Assembly: GCF_009914755.1 (NCBI RefSeq)
Contig: NC_060944.1
Reading direction: 5' to 3' (one strand)
DNA length: 64,000 bases
Source: the human T2T-CHM13v2.0 reference genome, Homo sapiens
The stretch's first letter is position 1; each line of letters begins with the position of its first letter. The notes beneath the pieces were generated by a model. The model had not been told where the DNA came from, did not search any database, and worked only from the letters and a program-made list of their open reading frames with translations. Of this stretch, positions 38,521-50,572 are shown piece by piece. The position numbers and the translations under genes were made by a program.

Positions 38521-39879
38521 CCCACCCACTTTAGGTGGCCTTCGGTATCATTTGAATAACCCATCAGGGTCTGCCTTTCCCACTGAACCGTGAGTTTCCA
38601 GAGGGCAGAAACTGGTTCTCAATTCCTAACATAAGGACCCTAAAGGTGCTTATTGAAACAGATCAGACCAGGGTGGAGGCAGGAGGCATTGTTTACCTGG
38701 CATTGGCTCTGTGAGCTCCCATAAGCCATCTGTGGTACTGATTACCCACTCTGAGCACACCAGATCAAGACACAAGGCACTCAGCAATACTGCAAACATT
38801 AGTTTCAATTGCTGGGGTGAGAAGGGATTAGGGAATAGCAAACTGACAACCTGGCTTATTCTGAGGGCTAAATTAGGAACAAGATTGGCATGCTAATGGG
38901 AAAAATAGCCTGAGAGGTGGTGTATATTAGAGGGAATTTGGGGATGTGACATGGAGCTGCTAAAAGTTAAAGTCAGGCGACTTAAGGTTTAGAGATTAAC
39001 GGCTGCTCTTGACAGAGAGGCCACTTGGTAGAATCACACTCTCTTTGTCAGTCCTTATCTCAGTATTTAACTGTAATAAATTGGTAAACTCCCTAATGGC
39101 AGGAACTTGCCTATTGCCATTGTATTAGTGCCTGGCACGTAGTAACAGCACAATAAATTTTTGTTGAATGAATGACCACTCTAAATACTGCTTTCTGCCT
39201 CCACCTTCCACAGGGAGGTCCGATCTACCCTAATCTTTTAAGCCAATTTGCCTTTCTCTGTCCTATATCCTTGCTGCGCTAGGAAAGCAAGCCCCACTTT
39301 CAGGCCATTCTGACTTCTCTATCTTTGTTCCAGAACTGCTTGGGCTCTGGCCTCTTCTCTGGGGTAAGGACCTGGGTCCTGCCTCTGGCCCCAGATCCTG
39401 GGCTTCTTTGTGTTATTTGGCATCTAGACCTGGCCTTGCCCATGTTTATGGGCTTGGTCTGCATCTGCCACCGATATCTCAGGTCCAGTTCTGGCATTGA
39501 TGTTGTGGAAACTGCCATCTCTACTGGCTTCTTGGTGGGCCCCTGGCCAGGTCAGCCCCAGCCCTTGTGAGAAGAGGACAATGACTTCTTGCAATTGCTG
39601 ATCCCAGTCCCAGCCCCTGCATACCTTTCATCTCAGGCTGCCTTCCACCACTGTCTTTAAGATGTTAGAGTGGGCTGGCTCAAACCCTTGGCATCCCGGG
39701 GTGGGCCCAGTATGGCCCTCCTCTTTGAGAGTTGAAAATCTTCACATTTATTTAAGAAAAGTCCTAGGTTTGGTTAGAAAAATAACAAACAGAAATGAGG
39801 TTTCTAGAGGCCTACCAAAGAAACCTCTGATTGGGCTGGATCAGAACAGGCCACTCTGGAGGAATTATAGTCCCAGTGA

Positions 39880-40355
39880 ATGTTGTGTGTGTGAGTGTGC
39901 ATATGTGTGGTGTACATGGTGTGGAAAGCTGTGTGGGGTGCATACATGGGGTATGTATGCTGTGTATATGTGTGTGGCATGTATACATGTTATGTATATA
40001 CATGTGGTATGTGTGCATGGTATATGTGGTATGTATACATGTGGGTTGGTATGCACAGGCCATGTACACATATGTATACACACGTGGGTGTATGTGTGGG
40101 GTGTGTACATGGTGTCTACCCCTATGTATATGTGTGTGGCATATGTGTGTGTGTGTGTGCCCATGGTGCATATGTGTGTGGTGTCTATCAATGTTTGTAT
40201 GTGTGGGTATGTGTTATGCAGAGTGTGTATATGCATGTGTTGTATGTAGTTTGTGTATACACATGTGTGGTATATGTATATGTGGCATGTATACACATGT
40301 GTGGTATGAATGTATGGGGTATACATGGTCCATATACATATGTGCTGTGTGTGCA
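39880..40355. repeat. Degenerate (TG/TA/CA)n alternating purine-pyrimidine tract, ~470 bp
   Basis: tgtgtgtgtgagtgtgcatatgtgtggtgtacatgg... Source of the spurious 119-235 aa ORFs. Confidence 0.95.
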
Positions 40356-41659
40356 CGTGGTCCTGAGGTCCTGGCCAGGGTGGGGGCACGTGCAACTCAG
40401 AGATGTTTGAGCAGGACATGGCTTGAAGTGTATGTGGGAGCCAAGGTCTCTGGTGGGGGAGGTAGGCAGAGCCTCGGAATCTCGGAGATGGAGACAAAGT
40501 TGTGGTCAGCCAGGGGAGCAGGAGGCCAGTTGATATGAAATGACCCAGAGCGAGGCCATGGGCAAGGGGGTGCTGGCATCTCCGTTCTCGGAGCTGTGTG
40601 GGCTGGGTCCGCTGGCTTCAAGGGCAGCTCTGGCAGGGAGCTGGGCAGTGCACGCCTCTGCTGACCATTGTCCACAGGCATTTATTAGCATGAGGCAGTG
40701 CCAGGCCCTGCATGAGGTGCTGAAGAGAACTGACAGATGAGGTTCCTGTTCACAGAAAACAAATATGAGGACTGAGAAGCTGGGGACGGTGGATGGGGAA
40801 GAGGGATGGGGAGAGGAAAGGAGGGAAGGAGAGGCAGAGATTCCTGGGGCTGGGATGGAACACAAAGGGTAGAGGCTGTCCAGCTGCTTGGACTGAGGAC
40901 GGGGAGGATCACACTGGAATTACAGACCTGTGTTCAATTTGTTCCAATTCTCCCCGTCAAAACAGAGGTCATTTCTTTGAGTGATTATTAAAATACTCCA
41001 GTGAATCTGGAGCCCCCTACTGGGTTTGTTGGTTTCCCCAAGCTACCGAATCTGGTTCCCCACTCACTATCATCTGGACATCCAGTCGGCCCACAAATCC
41101 CAGACTGCTGGGGAAGCCGTATTAGGTTATTTGGGAGATAGGAGCCTCCTTTTCCTTTCCTCCCCCCACATTTCAGTTCCTGATTTTTTTTTTTTTTTTT
41201 TTTTGCCGTGTTAGCAAATTTGATGGATGGTGGCAAATGCTTGAGGATAAAATACTGTAATCAGGAAAGTGTCCCCTCCCTCCCTCCCTCCTCCTCTGTC
41301 CCTGGATCTGGTGCTGACCGTTTTTGTGGAGTCAGCAGATGGATGGATGGCTTTTGCTGATGCTTTGCTGGAGTGATAGGATGTGTGGCAGGAATAACCC
41401 TGCAGGCTCCTGAGAAAAAGAAAAACAGGAATAGCTCAGGGAAGTGGGGGAACTGAGAGGGAGAAAGGGGAGGGGAGAAAATCGGAGTGAACTGGAGATC
41501 CCTGCTGTGGCCCTGCCCACAGTGTCTGATGGTCCAGACCCTATTACCCAAACCCCTAAGTTGAGCAATGGCAACAGACTCTTACCTGGTGCCTTCAGCT
41601 CCAGGCTCAACCCCCTCAATCCTTTCATCTGGCACTGTGCCATAATGATCTAAGGCACA

Positions 41660-42190
41660 AATCCCCCATAGTCCTCCCTCACTCACTCTCACACCTTCCA
41701 TGGCTCCCTGCTTCCCATCAAATCCTGTGCAAACACCACAGTCTAGCATCAAAGGCTCTCTGTGACATCACTGCATCTATTAGCACCCCATTTTGGATAC
41801 CCTTGCTATTGTCCAGTTTTGCAAAAAGTTATTCTTAAACATGGCTTTCTGGCCTTTGTGTGACTATACTCTTATTTCTTTCCCCATATGGTCTTTTCCT
41901 CCTATTCTCCCATCTTAGCCTTTGGAAATCCCATCTGACCTTTAACTCCGACTGCAAATGTCATATTTGCCATGCTGACTTTGTAAGTCCCCTTGTCAGG
42001 TAACATTCTGTCACCTGCTACAGCGCTTATTTCTCAAAACCTTTTGTTAGTATTACTCATGTTCATGTCTGTCTTTGCCATTAGATTGTGAACTTGTGAG
42101 GACTGAGCCAGATTTCTCTCTCCGTGGTGGTCTGTCCTATCTCATGTTTAACAGGTACACTGTGTTGAGTTGAAATTTGTTGAATTCAAG
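41660..42190 (+). mobile_element. L2 3' region
   Basis: accttccatggctccctg; ctgcaaatgtcat; attagattgtgaacttgtgagg; atttgttgaatt. Confidence 0.65.
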
Positions 42191-42361
42191 TACAGAATTG
42201 CAAAATATTCTACTTGATAAGGCAAAATTAATGTTACAGCAGTTTGGTGCAGAGTGTACATTTGCTGAAAACTGTTGTCTTGTGGAAGGAAGGATAAGAA
42301 TCTGTTTTCTAGAGGACTTTTGAGCTTGTCTTCTGAAAGCCTTTCTGTCACAGTTTGGTAG

Positions 42362-42801
42362 CGTATCAGTCAGCTTTTTCTATGCTACAACCTCAAACTC
42401 TCACTGGCTTATAACAGACATTTATTTTCTTGCTTGCAGGTGAGTTGATCAAGCTAATCTTGGCTCCAGGTCATGGCTTGGGTTCAGGTCTGAGTCTTAT
42501 AGTTCCTTCTTCTCCTTGGATTAGTAACTCCCTGGAGTGTGCTCTTCTTATAATGGATTCCAGGAGTGTCAGAGGCCAAACCAAACCCTAAAAGCATATT
42601 TGTAGCCTCAGTTTGTGTTATCTCCACAATCCTATTGGCCACAGCAAATCAGATGGCCAAGCCCAACATCAATGGGCTGAGGAAATATATACTGCTGAGG
42701 TAGTGGTAGGAGCTGCAAAGTCATATGGCAAAAGGCTTGGGCGTGAAATTCTAATAAGGGAGGGGGTAAAGAATTGGAGATAGCAATCCAATGTACCTCC
42801 A
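42362..42801 (-). mobile_element. MLT1 (H/I-like) LTR
   Basis: gtatcagtcagctt start; cctattggccacagcaaatcagatggccaagcccaacatcaatggg; gcaaagtcatatggcaaaagg. Confidence 0.7.
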
Positions 42802-44129
42802 GTGATCTCAGGGTTGGGGAAGAAAACCCCTACAGAATGGGTACAAGAACAAAGAACTTAAGGATAAAGAGCAGACATAGGAGCAGTAGTACATAGTTTA
42901 AAATGCGAAGGTCGATATTTATGTCTATGACCAGATTGGAACTTGCTAACCATCTGTTCATGATGAAAACCCTTAAACTCTCTGAACTTCATTTTCTCCT
43001 GCCACAAAATGGAGACAAAAGTACAATTACTATACTTATTGGGAGGGGAGCTTGTGAACAAGCAGGTGAAAATGCTTTGCTAGCTGAAAGAGCCCAAGTA
43101 GGGGAAGAAGCTAATGGGAGCAACTGTCCCCAGTGGTCAGGGAAGGTGGAGAAGATGAGAGAGGTTCACGGCAGAACAATGCAGGAACCTCGGTCCATCT
43201 CAAGTCCACCTGCTTGGGGCATCAAATTTTCTGCCCCAGCCAGGCAAGGGCTTAGCCCTAAGTTATGTGTTCTCACACACACCTCTGAGCTCTGCCCCAT
43301 CAAAGTGCCCATCCCCATCTCAGATTCTGGGTTTCACCCAAACCTATGTGAACAGTGTGGATAGGGCCTCTAAGAGTGGCTGTAAGGATCCAGCACTAAA
43401 AGCAACAGCATGGTGCTAGGCACATGGCACAGGCCCAATACTGAAACAAAACAATACATTTACCAAATGAATGTGGATTAATGCACACATCTGTTTCAGA
43501 CGTTTTCTCACTCAGTACAATTGACAGAAACGCCATCCATTCATCTCTTGCAGGCATCCACCAGGATGTGGAAATTGCTTAGATTAACTTGTTAAATCCA
43601 TCAAAATGGTGTTTATTAAAATGGGATTTTATGTGTTGACCACATAAATATTCATAACTTTATGACAATGCCCAAACACATACCACTGCTTCTGCGTCCT
43701 CGCCACTCTGCCAGGAGAAAACATCACGTGACAACAAAACGGAGCCCGTGTTATTTACCTGACAGTGTGTTCTGATACCTTGGAGCAGGGCTCTGCCAAG
43801 CAGGGGTTTTTCTGACAGACAGTATGCAGCTGCTATTCCCTTCCCCACTGTCCTCTGCAGAGCTAGCTCATGGCCCATTTTCCCTGCTGTTCCTAAGCAC
43901 ACCAAGTACTTGCTTTATCCATCAAACTCAAGTCCTTTCTTTCAGGAGAAAGAAATCGATAGAAATTGATTTGAAAATGTCAAACCTTATCAACTGCTAA
44001 CTGTCACTCCAAGCCAGATATTTTAAGGATGGTGTAGACATTTGAACTCACCAAGGCCCTTCTCCTGGCTCTGAAAGTCTATGGTGCCACCAGTCAACCT
44101 CTAAATAGTCTCTGGGGGCCTATTAGAGA

Positions 44130-44395
44130 GGGAGGTGGCATAGCGCAGTGGCTAAGTGTGTAGGCTTAGGAGCCAGACTGCTTGTGTTTAAATTCTGGCC
44201 CCATTATTTAATGGCTGTGTGGCTTTGGGAAGGTTATTTAACTTCTCTGTGCCTCAGAAGTCTCATTTTGCACCTTAGGATAATAATAAGATATACTTCA
44301 TAGGGCAGTGAGAACTAAATGACAACCTGTGTAAGCCACTTATAAAATATGGAGAATGTTATAAGTGCACCATTAATAGTAATCACTATTTATTA
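44130..44395 (+). mobile_element. MIR SINE, near full length
   Basis: ggcatagcgcagtggctaagtgtgtaggcttaggagccagactg...ttatttaacttctctgtgcctcag. Confidence 0.85.
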
Positions 44396-44679
44396 CTTAT
44401 ATGCCACTTTGCTAGGCATCGAGGGTTATAAATAAGGCCAGTTGGGAGAGGCAAGGCATACACAAGGCAAATGGGGCACCTGATACGTAGAGACTGAAGT
44501 CTGAAGTCCTGGGTTTGAATATCAGTTCTACCACTTACTTCTCCATGATTTTGAGCAGTTTCCCTGGAACTGTTTCACCTGTAAAATGGCAGGTGAAAAT
44601 CACAGTGATTGACAAGCCAGCTTGTTGTATGTTTCTAGTTAGAAAACCACTTTGAGACTAGAAAAGCACAGTGTATTTG

Positions 44680-45400
44680 TTAGCAATTTTATACCAGCGA
44701 AAGGTCATTCTGTAACATGGAGTGGCAAATGCTAAATGCCAAATGTGTAGGACACAGAAAGGTTCAGCATCAAGAGAGACACTTTGGGCAGAGATTGTCA
44801 TAAAGGGCTTACGAGGAAAGGTGGGATTGAACTGGGCTTTCAGAGGAGGCAGGCTTTGGAAAGTCCAGAAAATACTGCCTGGCATATACGAGGCCCAACT
44901 TTTAGCAAACAGAGATATAAGCTTAGGAGAGGTCTTGATTTAGCAAAGAGGAATTCTGAAGTGACTTCTTTTTACACTTGGGGAAGCATCTGGATTATTA
45001 CAATCAGGTGTGTTACCTGATCTGGGTGTTAGTAACTTCCTGGATTTTGCAAGGAGCCTAGCTCAGGGTGGGCAAAAGTTGAAGAGGAACACAAGGTAGG
45101 AGTTGATGGAGTTGGCCAGGTGAGAAATGATGGTGGCTTGGGCTAGGAGATTATAGCAGTGGCAATGGAGAAACCCAGACAGAGGCAAGATCTTTTTTGG
45201 AGGTAGAGCTGTCAGGACTCACTGATGTATTCATTCAGTTTATTAATTCAGCTGTTCTAGGCTCTGGGGATATAGCAGTAAACAAAACAAACAAAAATAT
45301 GCTTATATAGGTTAAGTACTGGTGGGAGGTAGAATGCAGGGGAAGAAAGGGGAGTAAAAAGGATGATTCCCAGGTTTCCTGCCTGAGGGGATGGAGTGAT
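44680..45400 (-). mobile_element. L2 fragments
   Basis: ccaggtgagaaatgatggtggcttgggctagg...ggatgattcccaggtttc; nested ttcattcag...ctaggctctggggatatagcagtaaacaaaaca. Confidence 0.65.
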
Positions 45401-46742
45401 ATTTGCTTCATAATGCGATTTTGATGCCCTTTGTTACAAGTTGCTAAGGGGCATCATCTTGCCTTGATTTATCCAGTTCCTTCTCTTCTTTGTGAAGCTC
45501 TGGATCTTCTTCTTTGTTCTTTGTTCCATCATCTGCATCCTACTGCCAGGGACTAATGGGAGTCAATTCTCAGTGTCTATTAATATGCCGAAAGGTTACC
45601 TTTTATATAATCTCTTCACATACCTGTACAGTTCCATCTATGATGTAGATACACATGGTGCTGGGTTTAAGTTTCTTTTCCCTTGTTATACTCTGCAAGG
45701 TGCTATTCACAACCAATTAACCCCTTTGCTCTCTTGCAGGGATGGGAGGACTCATATCCTGCCCTGCATTGAGTAGCATGTGGTAGCTCCCTGGTTGAAT
45801 CTGACTTTAAAATGATCCCACTTGGACAGGTGATCCAGCTTTCATTGCACTTGCTGCATGCCATGATCCAAACCCTTCTTTCTACATTTTACTACATAAC
45901 TTTCTATATTTTACTACATACGTCTTTTTGACCAGCCAGTGTTGGACGAATTGAACTAAGAAGAGACAGAATTCTAGAGGAAATGTACAACTGGAACAAA
46001 GATACAGAGGCAGGAAATTCCAGGCAGAGTTTGGGGCCCGCCTGATGATGACAATCCATTTGAAGACTATGCTTGGGATGTCCTGTGGAAGACAACTAGT
46101 GCTTTTTTGAGTGTCTAATACCAGCTGGTGAGCCACTTTCATCTCCCTGCTGAGAGAATACGTGGAAGAAGCCTCTCACTTAGAATTATAAAGGATCCTA
46201 GTGAACATAATTTCAGCAATTACCAATGTTCAGTAATTATGCTAATGCTGATTCACAAAGGGCTGTTATTTGCTCAGCATGTTCTGTGCACATTATCTCT
46301 TTACCTGACTAACAGTGTTTTCTCACTGCAGTTATGGTTTGCTTGTCATGTTAAGTGATGTTTGCATCTTTGAGCTTGTCAAGACACTAGGATTAGAGCC
46401 AAAGTCTTGTTCCCACCCCCGTTACGAAGATTTTCTTGTGGGCCTCTTGATGAGAATGGAAGGAAAGGGGAAAAAGCAAAAAAGAAGCAGAAAAAGGAAC
46501 CCTATTGACTTGTGGGGAAATTATAGTTCAGAGGCGAAGTGAGTTACAGAGAAACAGAGAGCTAGGATTTGTATCACTATCTTTCTGATTCCTGATAGGG
46601 CCTCTGGTGATTAGGAAGGTTGAGAGCTTGCCTGGTCTCCTCTATCTGTAACACAACAACAGTGCGTTTTTTTGGCTTGAAATGGTCATACCATTCTGAG
46701 TTTCTGCTTCAAGTTGTAAGAGTGCTTAGAGATTATCTAGGA

Positions 46743-47222
46743 CAGTGATGCTCAAAGCGTGGTCTTTAGACCAGTGGCATCAGCACCACCTGGGAATTTG
46801 TTAGAAACGCAAATTCCCGGGTTCTATGCTAGAACTAGATTCAGAAGCTCTCAGAGTTTTTGTGTTTTAACACGGTCACATATGTATTTTTTCCTTGAGA
46901 TGGAGTCTTGCTCTGTTGCCCAGGCTCACTGCAACCTCTGTCTCCCGGGTTCAAGTGATTCTCCTGCCTCAACCTCCCAAGTAGCTGGGACTACAGGCAT
47001 GTGCCACCATGCCTCACTAATTTTTGTATTTTTAAAAATAGGCACTGGGTTTCACCATGTTGGCCAGGCTGGTCTCAAACTCCTGACTTCAACTGATCCA
47101 CCTGCCTCGGCCTCCCAAAGTGCTGGGATTACAGGCGTGAGCCACCGCACCCAGTTGGTCATATGTGTTTTAACAAGCCCTCCAGGTGATTCTGATGCAT
47201 GTTCAAGTTTGAGAAGGATACG
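46743..47222. mobile_element. MER5A hAT MITE interrupted by an Alu (-, ~46886-47154)
   Basis: cagtgatgctcaaagcgtggtc...gcatcagcaccacctgggaatttgttagaaa, then the Alu, then tttaacaagccctccaggtgattctgatgca. Confidence 0.85.
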
Positions 47223-47231
47223 CTAGGCCTT

Positions 47232-47390
47232 TGATACTGGAATTGTGGGCCATAGACCAGCAGCATCAATGTCGTGGGAGAGCTTGTTACCAAAGCAACA
47301 TCTCAGGCCACACCCAGACTTACTGAATTGGAGTCTGCATCTTAGAAGATCTGCAGGTGATTTATATGCATGCTGAAGTCTGAGTATCAC
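47232..47390. mobile_element. MER5B-like hAT MITE
   Basis: agaccagcagcatc...gagcttgtta...ctcaggccacacccagacttactgaat...caggtgatttatatgca. Confidence 0.75.
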
Positions 47391-47523
47391 TCATTCTACT
47401 CCAAATGCTTCCACTTACTGTTGACAAGAGGCAAAATGACTGGTAGATGTTGCACTAAGTAGTGACAGAACCAGACTGCTATTACTCCTACTAAATAGCT
47501 AACATTTATTGGGTGCTTTGTGA

Positions 47524-47763
<240 letters not shown>

Positions 47764-50054
47764 TAATTCTCACCATATCCCTTTGAGGTAGGTATAAAAA
47801 TCTGCTTATCTGGAATGGGTATTTGGCTAGATAACTGAAAAAAATCAATTAAGGCAAGAAATCATACAAATTATATACACTTTAAGCATTTAATTTTAAC
47901 TTAAGCATATAAGTGTACATGCATTCATGAGTCTTTTGATGTGGGGTGTCCAGGTATTTTCCTTGAGTACCCAGGTTTCCTTTCTGCTGAAGTTTACATA
48001 TCAACGATGATCCCTAACTTAACTTGCTTTGAAGTGGGCAAGAATTCAACCTGTGAAGAAATCTGAGGGCAGGAATCCTTCTAGAATTTTGTTTTCCCCA
48101 AACTCCGAATTCTGTAGAATTTTTTAAAAAGTTATTTCCCTGTGCACAGTATTCAAACACAGTTTTCATAGATGCATAGATTCTTATATATAATATTTAA
48201 TTAAATCTGTGATTATAGTAACAAGTATAAATAGCGTTAGCACGCTTGGAACCAATGCAAGATTAAACAACTCAGCTTTTAGAAGCTGCAGCGAATGGGT
48301 GTGTCAGAGAGTAGCTTATTAGCCCTGAACATTCTAGTGCCATGGGTTTGGTCAACGTGTCTTAGAGAATTGGCAATGGTGGTTGAATACCAAACAGCTG
48401 AGCTCTTAACACATGTTATTATCACTCTATGAGGTTCAGAAAGGTTAAGGACTCTTCTCAAAGCCACATGGCTAGAAAGAGCTGGAGCTGGGAGGTAGAC
48501 CCAGCCAGCCTGCATCCAGAGTCTCTACTGAACTCCCCTGATTGTCTGTTTAGGTAAAAAATGATAATCAGTCTTTTTATCTTGACAAAGTATAAACACT
48601 TCTCCTTTTTATATAACTATAAATACTTCTCCAAATACACGCTTCTTCCTGCCCTCACTGTCCTTCTATCCTTAATTTAGAAAGAAAACTTGGTGTTCTT
48701 GACAGATGAGCAATTGAAATGGATGCATTAATTGATTTAAATGTCCAAGCATCAATATTCTCTGACAAAACATTGTCAGTGCACAGAAGACCAGTTAATG
48801 AAGAAAATAACCATGGAAGGGGGAATCAATTAGACTGAAAGTTTAGTTGAACCCTTTGATAAAGCATCTGTAGGTAGCTAGGTAGCATGCATTTCTCCTT
48901 CCCTCTGTTATGTCCCCATCCTCTCCCATACACACCTCTTATTGTGTAAAGCATTATACATCCAGTGAAATACTACACCTTATGGTCCTAGTTCTGTTAT
49001 TATTCCTGTGCACCATCTCCTTTGATGTGACTCATTGCTGGTTACTTGCCTTCCATGCCCTATATGTAAAATGGGGGTAAGAATAGTACTTGCCTATCAG
49101 AGCTGTAGAGAGATGTAAATGGGAAATGCTTAGGACAATATCAGATACATTGTAAATGCCCAGAAAATGGTAGCTATTATTGTTTTTCCAACCCTTTTTC
49201 CCTAGGGAAAAGATAAAAAAGACTTAATCAGACATAGCTAAGGGAAAGCATTCTGTTTTAGCTCTTTTGGCCTTCTTTTATAATCCTAGTCCAGTGCCCA
49301 CAAGGCTCAATAAATATTTGTAGAAAGTTGAATAGATGAATCATAGGTCAGTGTTTTTCCCCAATCTGCTTCTGCATCTCATGATGGTCTATGTTATACG
49401 GGTTGTTTCTCTGTATCAAAGCCTTTTATACTTCTGTAGTTTCAAAGAATTCTCAGTCTCTCCATCTGCAATTGCTTACGGTCTTCATATTGTCAAGTAC
49501 GGACTTTTTCTGAACTATGTTTTCAAGGGAATCTTGTTTTCCTCTCATATTCTCAGAAAAATGCCAACAGACAATTGCCTGCAGAATGACAAATGGCTCA
49601 CATGGCTTGTTGCTCCGCTTTGTTGCTTGGATCTGAGTGCCCTGTGATCTGAGGTTTATGTCTCTTGGCTGCCTCCATGTCTCACTGTGGTTTTATATCC
49701 CCTGGCTTTTTGGCAGAAACAAAACTTTTAGATTTGTCCTCAACTGAAAATGTTTCAGCTGTGTGTGCAGGCGTCTTCATGCTATAGAAGAAGGAATGGA
49801 ACTGTGAATGGTGGGAAAGGCTGAAGGAAGTAATGGAGACCACGATGCAGAAGTAGGTGCTCTTGCAAAGCAGTCCCGGGACAGATAAAGGAAGCAAAGG
49901 CAGAGAACCCCAACGCCTTGTAAGTAAGTTCTTTTGTCTTGGCGGAGTTCTAACCTGGAGTTGTCTGGGATAGGACTGGGATGCTAGAAGCCAGGTTAGG
50001 TGAATATCCCCGTGGGCAAGTGAGGATCACCTGCAGCTCTTTTTGTCTTAGGTG

Positions 50055-50572
50055 GTTGTGTCAAGTGCCTTTCAAGTGCCTCTTCACCACCCAGAGCTAT
50101 TCTTTGCTGTCTCTCTGCTGTGCTCTGCTCTCTTCCCAGGAGGCTGACTCTGATCGATTGCATGAGCAGGTTCCTGTGCCCTTTAGCTTCAGCTAGGTGG
50201 GTCCAGTCAACAGGGACCCTTGGCAGGAGATCAGAGGTTTGGAGGGAGGAGGGTATGCTCAGGGTATCTATTCCTCTGAAGGAATTGCCTCAGGCTGGCT
50301 GTGCCTTTCAGTGGCAGGTAAATGTTCCCCTCAAGGTGGCTCCTTTTATGAAATTCTCTCCTTCCAGTTCTGGTATCTGTTCTCTCTCCTCGTCATTTTG
50401 AGCCTAGAAAAGATAACGACCACATTGTTACTAATCCCGGGGTACTGCACTGTCCCTGAAAGCTTCCCTATAACCTGCCCCCACCTTTGCAAATGGTTCT
50501 TTTATTAAGTCCTGTTCATGTGATCCCAGTATGAGTTTGTCTATGCTTCATGCAAGGACCCTGGCTGTTACA
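50055..50572 (+). mobile_element. ERVL LTR33-like solo LTR
   Basis: ccaggaggctgactctgatcgattgcat...ggcaggagatcagagg...cccacctttgcaaatggttcttttattaa...ggaccctggctgttaca. Confidence 0.7.

Noticed and set aside
39662-40538. Longest ORFs in the window (195, 235, 210, 171, 119 aa, both strands)
   Set aside because: Translations of a degenerate TG/CA repeat: Cys/Val/Tyr or His/Thr/Ile low complexity, overlapping in several frames, with no gene context.
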